This document shows, in pieces, positions 14,004 to 28,057 of a stretch of 64,000 nt of DNA. A program made the translations under genes and the position numbers. Source of the stretch: Eledone cirrhosa (lineage: Eukaryota). The first letter of the stretch is position 1, and each line of letters starts with the position of its first letter. Where the stretch lies: contig OZ024756.1 of NCBI GenBank assembly GCA_964016885.1, positions 16,058,001 to 16,122,000 on the forward strand, given 5' to 3'. The notes under the pieces are model-generated. The model did no database searches. It was not told the origin of the DNA and saw only the letters and a program-made list of their open reading frames with translations.

Positions 14004-14118
14004 CATCACAATCATCACCATCATCATCACCATTACCATCACCACTATCATCATCACCATCGCCATCACCATCATCATCAATACACTCAATTAAATGGTA
14101 GCATTTGTTCCGTGTTAA

Positions 14119-14320
14119 CCCTTTAGCATTTACATTAGTTTATATATAATATTCTATTTTCATATCTTTATCTCACATAATATCGAATCTATGAGAGTTT
14201 CATATTATTTATTTTGAGAACAATACCATAACATCAGTATGAGTAGCCAGTTACAGCCGGTTTGAACAGAAAGAGGCGAGAGAATTCTGGCCAGATATGG
14301 CTGGTTTAAATGCTAAAGGG
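14119..14320. mobile_element. piggyBac-type MITE, family A (other copies 2955-3163, 22315-22535, 32377-32584, 34413-34633, 61622-61816)
   Basis: TTAA|CCCTTTAGCATTT...AAATGCTAAAGGG|TTAA. The copy at 34413 interrupts an RTE fragment at a TTAA. Confidence 0.85.
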
Positions 14321-14579
14321 TTAAACTGCACACAATACAATCTGTAAAGCGTTAGTGCTCATGCCATGATAAAATTCTCTCAGAACTTATTGTAAAAGTG
14401 GTTGGAATTACGAAGAGCCTCCAGTTGTAGAAACCGGACCCAAAATGGAAGGTATGAGCAAGTTGTGGTCATCTGATCTCTCTTGTCTCAGAATGTGACA
14501 ACCCAGCCAATTCATTACAGCATGGAGAGTGGACAGAAAACGGTGATGGTGGTGATGAGGATTTTATGTTTGTATATGT

Positions 14580-15010
14580 GCTGTAGTGGAGTCTGTGCTG
14601 CTGTACGGGTCTGAGACTTGGACACTGACCAACAAACACACTCAGATGGTGGATGGGTGCTACACGAGATTGCTGAGGATGGCTCTGAACATTAATCAGT
14701 ATACACTGAGGATGAAAAACTCAGAGCTGTATGGGAGCCTCCCAAAGGTCAGCTCAAAAGTGACACAGAGGAGACTGAGATTAGCTGGACATGCTCACCG
14801 ACATCTAGAGTTGACACTGCACTCAGTGCTCCTGTGGGAGCCCCTACATGGACACACTGGAAGAGAAAGACCAAGGTTAACGTATGTTGATGCCCTAAGG
14901 ACAGACACTGGTCTGTTGGAGACGCAGTACATGGCAGCGATAATGAGGCACACAGACCGCTGGAGAGAACTCGTCCATGGATCTCAGGAAATTTACCCAC
15001 CAACATGACT
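14580..15010 (+). mobile_element. Second RTE-like LINE family, 3' fragment (related copies at 31483-31808 and 38050-38255)
   Basis: VESVLLYGSETWTLT..LLRMALNI..RRLRLAGH..RPRLTYVD. Confidence 0.85.
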
Positions 15011-15577
15011 ACTTTACAGTGTGGATTGTGAACTTTTTGTCATGACGCCGACATGACCACTTTACAGCGTGGGTTGTGAGCTTTTTGTCATGACACATAC
15101 ACATATATATGTATATATGTGTATATGTACAAAATGGATGGAAAAATGAAGGCAAAGAAAAAGTTAGTTACCTGGTATATATTATTATTATCTTTTTTCT
15201 TCTTTCATCCTAATATTTTGTGTCTTAAAATTCCCATTCATAGAGAATGGGAACACTCAGAGCAAAAGGTTCCGGTCTATTTGCTTTGAAATTTAAAATT
15301 TATAAACTGCTTTCAAGCATTGTTTGACGTTTGCTGTTGTATCCATGAGATACAGGAGGATAATGTCAATTGCTGTATTATATCACAGAATCAAATTTCT
15401 TGTGTAAATTCTTGTATTTAGGTTGCATGTGTATGGGGAGGGTGTGTCCTTTCATGTAACTAATTTTTTCGTTGCCTTTCATTTTTGCATTGTCTTAGCC
15501 TTCTTAAACATATATCACTTTTCACATTATATACAATACACAATGTTTCAAGCAAACAACATTTTATTATGTATATA

Positions 15578-16448
15578 TCATCATCATCATCATCATCATC
15601 GTTTAATGTCCATCTTCCACACTAGCATGGGTTAGACGGTTTTGTTCCATTTGATGCGGGATTGGTCGGGAGACCATGTCTCGCTCGCACAGAAGTAATC
15701 TCTGGCAGGTTTTTTTACAGCTGGATGCCCTTCCTAACACCAACCACATTTACAGTGTGGACTGGGAGCCCTTTTACCATCTCTCCTACACGACCACCTT
15801 ACAGTGTGGACTGTTGTGTCATCGACACAGTGGATGGAACGGAAAAGAGAGAATGGGGTAGGGGTGGGGGGCGGGGTGTATATTAGGTTAATAGGTGCCT
15901 AATGACTGTAGGTTTGTATGCAATGGCAGTCGGGTCTTCCCTACAACTGTATGGCGCCAAAGATCTCGATCCAGTGTCATTGTCTTAGAGAGGTGTAAGT
16001 AAGCAAGGTCAGTTTTTATCACCTCATCCCAGGTTTTTCTTGGTCTACCCACTCTGTAGCTTCCATCAATTTTCATTGCCCTGCACTTTTTTATACAGCT
16101 GTCGTCCTTCATACGCATCACATGTACATACCAATGCAGTCTCTCCAGAATACAACATTTGATACCTCTCATGCTTAGTCTCTCTCTCTCAATTCGTTTA
16201 TGCTTCGCTGTTTGCTCACATTACTATTACACATCCATTGGAACATGCAAGCTTCATTTCTTTCTAATCTACGCAGGTCTTCAGCACACAACACCTAGGT
16301 CTCACTACCATGTAATATCCGCGTTCGTATACAAGCATCATACAATCTGCCTTTCATTTTTAGAGAAAAACCCTTTGTGGCCAACAGCGGTATTAGCTCT
16401 CTGAACTTTTTCATCCCACTCTAACTGTGGCTACTACACTTTCGGAGC
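15578..16448 (-). mobile_element. RTE LINE 3' fragment with tail
   Basis: RLHWYVHVMRMKDDSCIKKC..GRPRKTWDEVI and UTR ending in (GAT)n. Confidence 0.85.
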
Positions 16449-16465
16449 ATACATACATACATCTA

Positions 16466-16498
<33 letters not shown>

Positions 16499-16591
16499 CA
16501 CCATCATCATCATCATTTTACGTCCGTATATATATATATATATGTCTATATACATATGTATGTATGTATATATATACATATGTATGTGTAT

Positions 16592-17301
16592 ATCATCATC
16601 ATCATCATCATCATCATCAACGTTTAACGTCCGTGTTCCACGCTTGCATGGGTTTGGACAGGGGTTTTCCCACTTGAGGCAAGAGTGGTTGTCTTGCTCG
16701 CATAGGACTATCTGGCGGGTTTTCTACAGCTGGATGCCCTTCCTAACACCAACCACATTTACAGTGTGGGGCTGGGAGGTTTTTACCGTGTTGCCTACAC
16801 GGCCACATTACAGCGTGGACTGTCTGGCGGGTTTTCTACAGCTGGATGCCCTTCCTAACACCAACCACATTTACAGTGTGGGGCTGGGAGGTTTTTACCG
16901 TGTTGCCTACACGGTCACATTACAGCGTGAACTGTGTGTTTTTTTGTCGTGACACCTACACGATCTCATTTGTTTCGGCCTGGATGTTGTGGCACCAACA
17001 TAACTTTACATTGAAAGGGGCGGTGTGGGTGAGTGGGGGTGGTGGGACGGGGGTGTATTTTGTTAGAGATGCCTACTGACTGTAGTAGGTTTTACTTTGT
17101 ATTTAGGTAAGGTGGGTCTTCTCTATTACTGAGTACCGCAAAAGGTCTCGGTCCAGTGACATTGTCTTGGAGAGGTGTAAGTGTGTGAGGTCGGAATTTA
17201 TCAGCTCGTCCCAGGTTTTTCTGGGTCTGCCTATTCCGTGGCTACCGTCTATCTTTATTGCCCTGCACTTTGTTATACAGCTATCGTCTTTCATGCGCAT
17301 C
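16592..17301 (-). mobile_element. RTE LINE 3' end with internal ~110-bp UTR duplication
   Basis: Near-identical to 41760-42343 in reverse; 16711-16820 is duplicated at 16823-16930. Confidence 0.85.
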
Positions 17302-18146
17302 ATATATATATATATATATATATATACCGTATTTTCCGTTGTGTTGTAATATAAATATTACACACAGTAGATTGACAGCTCACGTAGAGTTTGCTCGACG
17401 GTTCCAGTTGTAGTTCCAAAAGTAATCCGGAGAAAAATAGAAAGATTTAAATGGATACAGTTTAGTTGAAAGGAATTTATTGACACGTGTTTCTATAACA
17501 TTTACATAACCTGAAAACAGCTGATATCTACAAAGTATTAGTTATGCAGACATTCAATATTTCAATGTTATTATCTACTGTCATTTCATCGGAATAATAT
17601 TACTGAGGACTTGTTTAGTTTTTATAGAGAATATTAGGAGGGAGGGGTAAAGTTGTTAGAAGAATAGTTGAGGGAGTGGTTTTTTGATAGCAGTGAGAAT
17701 TTTTGGTGGCAGTGAGTAATTAGATTCCCATCTGTTGTTTTGACATTTTTATAGAATATATTATTGGTTATTTTTCTAAATCTATAGAAGGATTAGAGAT
17801 AGTAAAGATATGCGTGGTTGGTTTTGTGTTTGCACTTAATTAACATTCAGACTTAAATTTTTCTTTCAAGTGTACCTATCCTTTCACCCACGCATTCACA
17901 ACCAAACATATTTGCACACCTCTACAAAATACATATACTCACATTCACATAGTTACATGCTCATACTTACATACATATACACATGCATACATATATATAT
18001 ATACACATGTATTCATGTACATACATACACGTTCATGTGTATACATTTTCATACTCAACTTATCTTTATATACACACGTATAGACACATACATATATACA
18101 TACATACTCTAGTCTATGTGTATATATATATATACATATATATTTA

Positions 18147-18212
<66 letters not shown>

Positions 18213-18714
18213 CACTTTAATACATGAATACACTTACATCTAACTATACACATCAAACATATATATATATTTACTTATTTATATACATTTTCACATATAT
18301 ATACATACTTATGGTCGCTTTTAGACACATTCATTATCGCATATTTGCACCTATTCTCATCGGCATATCTTTCCATTATTAGTGTGGTAATTTAAGGTTA
18401 TTAATATACATATATATGTTGAGAAGAGATTGTTTTTATATTTTTTCTAACTAGATTGAGGTTTATATAGTTGGGGGGATGTCCCTCTTTTATGTAATAT
18501 TCAGCTATAAAAACTAAACAAGCTATTCTCTATAAAAACTAAACAAGTCCTCAGTAATATTATTCCGATGAAATGACAGTAGATAATAACATTGAAATAT
18601 TAAATGTCTGCATAACTAATACTTTGTAGATATCAGCTGTTTTCAGGTTATGTAACTGTTATAGAAACACGTGTCAATAAATTCCTTTCAACTAAACTGT
18701 ATCCATTCAAATCT

Positions 18715-18751
<37 letters not shown>

Positions 18752-18792
18752 CAAAACATAAGTCAATTGCATGAACTCATAATCCTTTATTT

Positions 18793-18848
18793 ACTGCTAT
18801 ATATATTTCGATGATAGCCATTGAATGGCTATGACCTCGTCAGGCAGT
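18793..18848 (-). ncRNA. Minimal type I hammerhead ribozyme (paralog of 795-850)
   Basis: Same sequence as 795-850 with CTGACGA at the variable N7 position; element flanked by (TA)n. Confidence 0.8.
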
Positions 18849-19068
18849 TAGTCAGTTCTTAGATATGCCAGCTCTGTGTGTATAGTGTTGATGGTATCAG
18901 AGCCTTGGGATATATATATATATATATATTTATTAAAATAACAGATTAAAGTTTAAGCAAAGAATCGCTGCTTTCACCCTTAATGGGATCTTCTGATATA
19001 TTTGATATATATTTATCCTTATTATCGAGCCCTCTTTGGATTTTAGTCTTCAAATTTATTATTATTAC

Positions 19069-19099
<31 letters not shown>

Positions 19100-19377
19100 A
19101 GATCAAAAGATGGTTAAAGGAGTTCAATATATTTTATTATGCGCATTTCAAAAACAAACATCATCAAACAATAATATTTGTGTTTTCATCATTATTATCA
19201 TTTTCATCATATTATTGTTTGATGATGTTTGTTTTTGAAATGCGCATAATAAAATATATTGAACTCCTTTAACCATCTTTTGATCTTATATTATGCATAC
19301 TCCAGTCCCACAAACTGTAGAGTGCTTCTTATCCGATATCTGCATTGCTTTATTGTACTACAATAAAACTCACCTCC

Positions 19378-19468
<91 letters not shown>

Positions 19469-19611
19469 ATGTGTGTGTGTGTCTGTGTGTGTATATACAG
19501 AAAGAGTGAGAGAGGGAGAACATAGCGGGAGAGAGGAACAGGAAAGAAAGCAAGAGAGAGAGAAAGAAAGAAACATTTTTTCATTTGATAAAATTGATAA
19601 ATCTACTTTAC

Positions 19612-19778
19612 CCAACTTGCTTTCTTCGGTGGTTCGACACTGACAAGATCTTTGCCATCCTTGGAGATGGTTATGGCGTACACTTTACTGGCATATTTTT
19701 TGTCTATACATGTAATCTTCACTTTCTGCTTTCCTCCAGCAACAACTTCACCAGGAGTTATGACGATATCAACAGATT
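19612..19778 (-). CDS. Single-Ig GPI-anchored protein, exon 2 (N-half of V-like Ig domain)
   Basis: Acceptor tactttcAG (19780-19779). (E)SVDIVITPGEVVAGGKQKVKITCIDKKYASKVYAITISKDGKDLVSVEPPKKASW, donor GTAAAG phase 0. B-strand VKITC motif. Confidence 0.85.
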
Positions 19779-19857
19779 CTGAAAGTATACAGTAGATGAT
19801 ATAGATAGAGTCGGAGTAAGTTGTATGTATATGCGTGTATATGTATGTGTGTGTGTA

Positions 19858-19933
<76 letters not shown>

Positions 19934-20129
19934 TATTAAAAAGGTGTTGAAGGAAGAAAGATGAAAATGTTTGATTTCATCATTTTTTCCCCACTTCCAC
20001 TCCATTAGAACATTCAGTGTTTTTTTTTTTTTTTAACCTAACTTGAGAAATAGAAATAAAAGGATATAGATGAGAGAATAGTAACAGGAAAAGAGGCAAG
20101 GAAGCAATAGAGCGAGGGGGAAAGAGAGG

Positions 20130-20164
<35 letters not shown>

Positions 20165-20248
20165 GGAAAATTTGAACAGGAACAAAACAGAGAGGCAGTA
20201 CAACGAATGTTTATTAATTTCACGCTCTGGAGAGTGGGGTGGTGGTGG

Positions 20249-20288
20249 GGAACGACGTTTCGGGCATAAGCCCTTCTTCAGGTGAAAA
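20249..20288 (-). ncRNA. Hammerhead-like core, weak stem I
   Basis: CTGAAGA-a gggc ttat gccc-GAAA-cgtcg-TT; stem I pairing is poor. Confidence 0.5.
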
Positions 20289-20614
20289 GTGTGTGGGAAG
20301 AGAGTTCAAAGGGTGTGTAGGGGAGTGGTGGAGAGACATATAGCGAAAGGGGGGTGGGAGGAAACGGTGCGAATGAAATTAAAAATAAAAGCATGATCAA
20401 AATAAAATAAAATTAAACTGGGGTAAAACAGGTGGTGGAAGGGTGTGGGGTGTGTAGGGGTGGTGGCGGGTGGAGTGGAAGCTAAAAGACCTTTCACTAA
20501 AATATAAATTTAGGAAAGCCCTTCAAGATGTGTATGACGAAAAAGAAGACGGACGATTTAGAGTTGTATGACATAGATGATAACTGGAATTTCTTATGTG
20601 ACAACTTACTGCAG

Positions 20615-20913
20615 GCTACTGCAATGGTATGGACATGGTATGGACATGTATAGACATGGTATGGACATGTGATGCGCATGGAGGATGACTGCTGGGTAAA
20701 GAAGTGCCAAGAAATTCCAGTAGAAGGAAGACACAGTAGAGGAAAACCACAAAAAAACATGGGTGGAGGTGGTGAAAGTGGACCTCAGATCGCTGAAGCT
20801 CACGGAGGAGATGACGAAGGACCATGACAAGTGGAGAGATGCTGTGCTGAATAAGACCTGTCCCACCCTTGCAAGCAGGGAAAAGCGGACGTTAAATGAT
20901 GATGATGATGATG

Positions 20914-20915
<2 letters not shown>
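20615..20915 (+). mobile_element. RTE LINE 3' fragment (related: 23945-24135 +, 34115-34410 -)
   Basis: WYGHVMRMEDDCWVKKC..GKPQKTWVEVV; (GAT)n tail. Confidence 0.8.
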
Positions 20916-20954
<39 letters not shown>

Positions 20955-21559
20955 GATATATAGATAGATAGATATACATATATATACATATACATATATA
21001 GACATACATACACACACATATATATATATATATATATATTGTATTAAATATTTTACTCTTGATTGGCCAGAGGTATTTATTTCCAGGTACCTTATAAATA
21101 TGACTTTCCGTATTTATTACTGTTGTGCGATATGATGGTTTTTTGGTTGTCACTTCTCTGTTTTTAGCCTAAGAAAATATATATATGCCTGTGTAAATAA
21201 TTACATGCATACTTTTATTTTGTTTCTTTAAATTAATTGAGTTCTTAACACGTGGAATTGATATTGGTTTTGAAATAACTAATTAACCCGCGTATATTTA
21301 ATATTATACTCTTAATTCGGCCAGAGATTTACATTCCCGATTGCCCTTTAAAGCGTAACTTTCCGTATTTACTACGGTTATGAGATGCGGTTTGTTATTC
21401 AGGTACGACTTCTGTTTTTAGCCTAAGAAAATATCTATATGCGTGTGTAATTAATACACGCATGCATTTATTTTTTTATTTTCAATTGAGTTCTTAACAC
21501 GTTGGATTGATAATGTTTTTGAAAAAACTAATTAACCCGCGTGAATATTATTTTTTCTT

Positions 21560-21701
21560 TTCTCGTGTATTGGTTGTCTCCCCTTCCCGCTTTGTGACGC
21601 TATAATACTTCCTCAGTCAAAAACTGCTGGAATTTCAAATTTGGCGGTCATTCGATGTGTGAGGGAGCAGCTTAGCAGACACGATTTTTAACTGCGGTAA
21701 G
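21560..21701 (+). promoter_or_regulatory. Promoter-like island with CCAAT, E2F and CHR-like motifs followed by a splice donor
   Basis: ATTGG 21569, TTCCCGC 21584, TATAAT 21601, TTTCAAA-TTTGGCGG 21633-21647, G|GTAAG 21696/7; locally CpG-enriched. Confidence 0.4.
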
Positions 21702-23259
21702 AATTTTTTCTTATATCAAAGTTTAATGGGCTTCCACTGATGATTTATAAACGCCCACCTAAATATATTCTTACATGAATATATGTTAGGCTTCTACATA
21801 AACTGGAAACATTCTCCCAATTTGTAGAAAACTTATAATGAAACAATTGTTTGGAAAGAGAGATATATTTTAACTTTAATTATATCTCATAAAATAATAC
21901 AACTGGCTTTCCACAAAATACATATAGTTAGCACCCCAAACACTTAAATTGGGTTTATACTAACATATAACCTAATGTTTGTTGAGTGAGATGGTTACCA
22001 GTCAGAGTTTAGCTTTAAGCTATCTCTGTTATTGTATTAAATATATATATATATATATATTGTTATACTTTGGTAGGGTCATGCTGCCAATAAAAACACA
22101 TGCACCTGTTGGTTTTCACTTCAATTTATTATAAGTTTCTGGTTGGTTGGTTGTTTCGATAATTTATCAAAAGTATATATTGAGTTAAAAAACTCAATGA
22201 AAACGCTGTATTTTGTCATTTTTATTCTATTTCAGAATGGATGTTTTCATCCTATTCAACTCTCTTGCTTTCACTCTACTAGAACTTTCAGTCTTCCTTC
22301 ATCTCTTTTCTTAACCCTTTAGTATTTACACTGGCCATATCCGACCAGAATTCTCTCACCTATTTCTATTCAAACTAGCTGAAACCAGCTGTTCATACTG
22401 ATGTTAATGTATTGTTCTCAAAATAAATAACATCAAAACCTCATAAATTCGATATTATGTGAGATAATTATGTAAGGTAAAGCCTTTACCATGAAAATAC
22501 AATTGTAAATATAGAGTAATGTAAATGATAATGGGTTAAATTCATTCTTCAGTAGATATGAAAATTTGGATGCCATTTTTAGCAAGTTAAGTAAGCATAT
22601 AGAAGCTTCCTTCTGAACACATTTTGATACATTTCATTAAATTCTCATTTAATAACAATCTCGTTATTCATATCTCCAGTAAATTACTAAGCATCGATAT
22701 AAACAGTATTACAGAAGATTTAAATCCGGTTGAGCTGCTTCTGGCTTAGTGGTGGCAAGTATTTAATCCTTCACTGTCGTACTATCACAACGATTAGCAG
22801 GTAGTAACAACAAACAAAGCAATGAACACTTTAACAGACAAGTGGTGATGTAAGAGATCGCTTTCATCATAATGATCTATTGGTTGTTGTTGTTGTTGGT
22901 GGCGGTGGTGGTGGTGATGGTGGTGATGGTGGTGGCGATGGTGGTGTTGGGGGCAGCAGTGGTGGTGATGGGGGGGGACAGTGGTGGTGGTGGTGGTGGT
23001 GGTCTCGGTGGCAATGAAGTGTTAGCGGCGGGTTATCGGTGGTGGTGGCAGTGGTGGTGGTGGTGGTGGTGGTGGTGGTGGTGGTGGTGGTGGTGTTGGT
23101 GTTGGTGATGGTGGTGTTGCTGATGCTACCATTGTTGTTTTTGTTGTTGTTGTTATTGTCATATAATTAGTGAGTTAACAAAATAGAAAAATCAACTCAC
23201 TAAATAAATGCATTTCTCTTGTTCTCTCATTTTTTTTATAACAATCTAATAATCAGCCA

Positions 23260-23550
23260 TTTATAAATATTAAAGCCTGAGGAATATTGAACAGATGTCG
23301 AGATGTATTACATCCAATGAAATGCTCTGTTCACACATGAAACTAGATGGTAACCACTTATAAACATTAAGGCCTGAGAAATACGGAACAGATGTCGAGA
23401 TGTATTATATCCAATGAAATGCTCTGTTCACACATGAAACTAGATGGTAACCACTTATAAACATTAAGGCCTGAGAAATACGGAACAGATGTTGAGATGT
23501 ATTATATCCAATGAAATGCTCTGTTCACACATGAAACTAGATGGTAGCCA
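23260..23550. repeat. ~104-bp tandem repeat (~3 units)
   Basis: GAACAGATGTCGAGATGTATTA..CTGTTCACACATGAAACTAGATGGTA recurs three times. Confidence 0.85.
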
Positions 23551-24460
23551 ATAAACTGTTATGTCTTCTTCTTCTTCATCCACTTATTCCTGAGAGGGTC
23601 ATGGGAGCAAAGTCTTCAAACACTCCTTCCAGCGGGTCCTGTCAGAAGCAACCGTCTCCAACTCATCCGGCTGGATCCCCAAGCAAGACCAGCCAAGCTC
23701 ATGGATGTTATCCAACCATCTTGCTTGGGGTCTACCCCTGGGTCTCCTCCCGTAAAATCTGTCCAGCGATTCTTTCCTGGGACATTCTAACCACATGCTC
23801 CCTGCCGAGGATAGCTTTGCTTTCATCCTTACGGGGTCGATAAAATAAAGTATCAGTAATGAACTGGGGTCGATTTAATCGGATTTCCTCCCTCCCCCAA
23901 ATTGCTGGCCTTGTGGTTAAATCAGAAACCATTATTATATAACTATGGAGACGTGGTAGAGGTAGACCACGAAAAACATGGGCGGAGGTGGTGAGAACAG
24001 ACCTCAGATCATTGAAGCTCACGGTGGAGATGACGAGGGACCGTGACGAGTGGAGAGATGCTGTGCTGAATAAGACCCGTCCCACCCTTGCAAGCAGGGA
24101 AAAGCGGACGTAAAATGATGATGATGATGATGATGATATGGAGTTCAAATCCCGCCGAGGTTAACTTTGCCTTTCATCCTTACGGGGTCGATAAAATAAA
24201 GTACCAGTAATGTACTGATGTAATTGCTGTCCTTGTGCCTAAAGTAGAATCAATTATTATGTAACTATGGAGCTCTTCTACTAATATAGAACTCTTACAC
24301 CAGTTGTTGATTATAGCGCTGGATGTGGAAGTTTCTGGAACCTTGTGTTCCAGTATGTTGTGACCTTCTTAGTTCAAATTCCATCAACGGCCACGGACAA
24401 TCATGGGACTGTCACTGATTGTGAAAGCTGCAATGGGTGAACATTGGCCACAGCAGTTAA

Positions 24461-25095
24461 ATGATGATGATGATGGTGGTGATGATGATGGTGGTGGTGA
24501 TGGTGGTGATGGTGGTGAAGGTGGTGTTGGTGGTGGTGATGGTGATGGTGGTGATGGTGGTGGTGATGGTGGTGATGGTGGTGATGGTGGTGGTGATGGT
24601 GGTGGTGATGATGGTGATGGTGATGGTGGTGATGATGGTGATGGTGGTGGTGAAGGTGGTGTTGGTGGTGGTGATGGTGATGGTGGTGATGGTGATGGTG
24701 GTGATGGTGATGGTGGTGGTGATGGTGGTGATGGTGGTGGTGATGGTGATGATGGTGATGGTGATGGTGATGGTGGTGATGATGGTGATGGTGGTGGTGA
24801 TGGTGGTGATGGTGGTGATGATGATGGTGACGATGGTGACGGTGATGATGGTGATGATGATAATGATAATGATGATGATGGTGATAATGGTGATGATGAT
24901 GATGGTGATGATTATGATGATGATGATGATGGTGGTGATGGTGGTGGTGGTGATGGTGATGATGATGATGATGATGATGGTGGTGGTGATGATTATGTGA
25001 CAATGGCGATGGTGATGATGATGGTGATGGTGATGATGATGATGATGATGATGGTGGTGATGATGATGGTGGTGATGATGGTGATGATGATGATG
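24461..25095. repeat. Compound (GGT)/(GAT) tract (similar tracts at 13805-14080, 22881-23155, 38733-39410)
   Basis: Direct inspection. Confidence 0.95.
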
Positions 25096-25650
25096 CCCCC
25101 CCCCCCCCCCCACTCTCTCGCACCTCATGTAAAATGGAATCTCCTAAACCCAATTTAATGCTTCGGTAACAAACAAACTAGATAAACGTACAAATAAACG
25201 AGATTAATTAATGATAGAAAACCTAACGAGTTGTGAGATATTTTTCCAGCACATTTGAAACAAGCGTGAAACTATTACTTCATGTAATAGTGGGGAGATA
25301 TAAGTTGTTATTAATTAAATGTAATACTTAACAGATTAGCGTTAGGTGGAGAAATTGTTATGGTTAATTAGATGCTGAATTTTATATTATTGGGATTGAA
25401 ACATCATCATCCTTTTCGTCATCATCATCATCAGCATCATCATTATCATCACCATCTTCGTTGTTATCATCACCATCATCATCACTATATATATATATAT
25501 AGAGGCTACGTTCGGTTATTTGCCGGAGATTTCTCCATAAGAGCCTTTCTTCTTATAGCTTGATCTAATTGATTTTTTATATGGTTAATTATGCTAATTA
25601 GAAGAAGAAATAGTATATATTTTATCTGATGATTCTAAAGACATGATTTA

Positions 25651-25685
<35 letters not shown>

Positions 25686-25965
25686 CATGCTAGCGTGGAA
25701 GATGGACGTTAAACGATGATGATGATGATGTATATATATAAAAAAAGGAAAGAAACGATCGACTTTCGTCAAATCGGACTGAGGAAACAATGTTTCCGTT
25801 AGTCTTTCCAATTGCTAATACTATCTATCGGTCGCAACTCCAGGTAGAAGGAGCAACGTGAAATAAAGTGTCTTGCTCAAGGACATAACGCATCGCCTGG
25901 TTCAGGAATCGAACTCCTCACAACCTCACGATTGCGAATCAGCCACACACCTTCACACACATATA

Positions 25966-26001
<36 letters not shown>

Positions 26002-26031
26002 TGTATGTATGTATGTATGAATGTATATATG

Positions 26032-26100
<69 letters not shown>

Positions 26101-26201
26101 CGGATTCACATCCATCAACTGGGGTTTTTTCCGGGATGGGGGAAAGGTTGTCTGTCGGAAAGGTGCGAAACGCGTCCTCCACTGTTTCGTTGTTTTGAAT
26201 A

Positions 26202-26271
<70 letters not shown>

Positions 26272-26395
26272 GACAACTGTATGGTGCCTGTGTGCAAAGT
26301 GCAATGCTGCTTGGTAGTGAAGCATGGGCTGTCACTGCAGAAGACATGCATAGGCTGGTGGTGATAGTGATGATGGTGATGATGATGATGATGAC

Positions 26396-26430
<35 letters not shown>

Positions 26431-27394
26431 CGATGATGATGATGATGATGATGATGTATCATTCTACAGTTGGGTGTTGCTCGTTTCAATGTCAAACCTG
26501 ACTTGATGAAGGAAACACTGAACTGCACTACATCAAGAAATGTCACTACTGCCCCCAGTACTATCAACACAATGACACATGCAGAGAAAAATACACACAT
26601 GCACACACGTACACGCACATGCACGCGCACACACGCACACATACGCACACACGCAGATGCACACATATGCACACACACATGCATACATGCACACATGCAC
26701 ACACAAGGGCTGGAAGAACTCTTCAGTGGTGTCAAAGACATGACAACCTCTCTAGTGCTGGTGCCATTATAACATGCAATCATTAGAGTCTAGAAGCATC
26801 TGTAAAGGAGATATATAGGACCAAGCCTATCAGAAGAGTCAGTGGATTTACTTCAGTACTGACCGGGTCTGTGGTGACAGTCTAACCTATGTTAGCAGGG
26901 AAAATGAATGTTAAATGATGGTGATGATAACGATATATAGATGTACAGTCCTATACGAGCGAGACAACCAATCTTGCCTCAAGTGGGACAATTCCCGTCT
27001 AAACCCATGCTAGCGTGGAAGATAGACGTTAAACGATGATGATGTTGATGATGATGATATATGTGTATGTGTTTATATACATACATGGCGATGAATTGGC
27101 AGAGTTGTTAGAATGTGGGATAGAATGCTTTATGGAATTCGTTCCGGATCTCTGAGTTCAAATCCCACCGAGGTCAACTATGTCTTTCATCCTTTCGAGG
27201 TTGATAAAAAATATACCAGTCTAGTACTGGGGTCAATTCTTCCTCTCTCTGGGACAAATCTGCTGCACTCAGGTCTGGAGAGGGATGGGCTCTGCCAGCC
27301 TTAAAATGCCCAAGAAACGCCATATGTCGATATGGCATCCCGCCAACTCTATCAGGGGTTACGGGACTATACATATATATTGATAGATATGCAT

Positions 27395-27450
<56 letters not shown>

Positions 27451-27592
27451 TTAAGAGTTAAACAAGGTTCAATGAATACATCAAATAATGAGTTATACAA
27501 TAGATTGGAAGCACTCAACAAAGAAATGTTTTCCAGGGTTATTAATATTAATTCAAAATATTAACAAAAATAGAACTTCTTGTGATCAATTA

Positions 27593-27669
27593 TATTTTAT
27601 TATACATATTTCAGAGGTACTGAGTTATGTTCAACAGTACGTCCTCATCAGATAAAATAAAATGATACA
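27593..27669 (-). ncRNA. Minimal type I hammerhead ribozyme
   Basis: tattttat-CTGATGA-ggac gtactg..cagtac ctct-GAAA-tatgta-TA-ataaaata. Confidence 0.8.
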
Positions 27670-27736
27670 TGACATACCCTGACATAGTAGATAGTTAAGA
27701 TTCAATCAAGGTAGTGATTAACTTATGACAAAACTC

Positions 27737-27767
<31 letters not shown>

Positions 27768-27986
27768 GAGGTGAGTTTTATTGTAGTACAATAAAGCAAT
27801 GCAGATATCGGATAAGAAGCACTCTACAGTTTGTAGGACTGGAGTATACATAATATATAAGATCAAAAGATGGTTAAAAGAGTTCCATGTATTTTATTAT
27901 GCGCATTTCAAAAACAAATATCATCATATGTTGATTTAAAACTGCACTATTCACAAGTGTTTTTTAACCTTCATATCATGTCTTCC

Positions 27987-28057
27987 TATTTTATCTGATG
28001 AAAACACAAATATTATTGCATGATGATATTTGTTTTTGAAATGCGCATAATAAAATA
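27987..28057 (+). ncRNA. Minimal type I hammerhead ribozyme
   Basis: tattttat-CTGATGA-aaac acaaatattat..atgatatttgt tttt-GAAA-tgcgca-TA-ataaaata. Confidence 0.8.

Noticed and set aside
24401-25158. Poly-His / Gly-Asp ORFs (likewise 38718-39498, 13755-14090, 22872-23108)
   Set aside because: Microsatellite translations.
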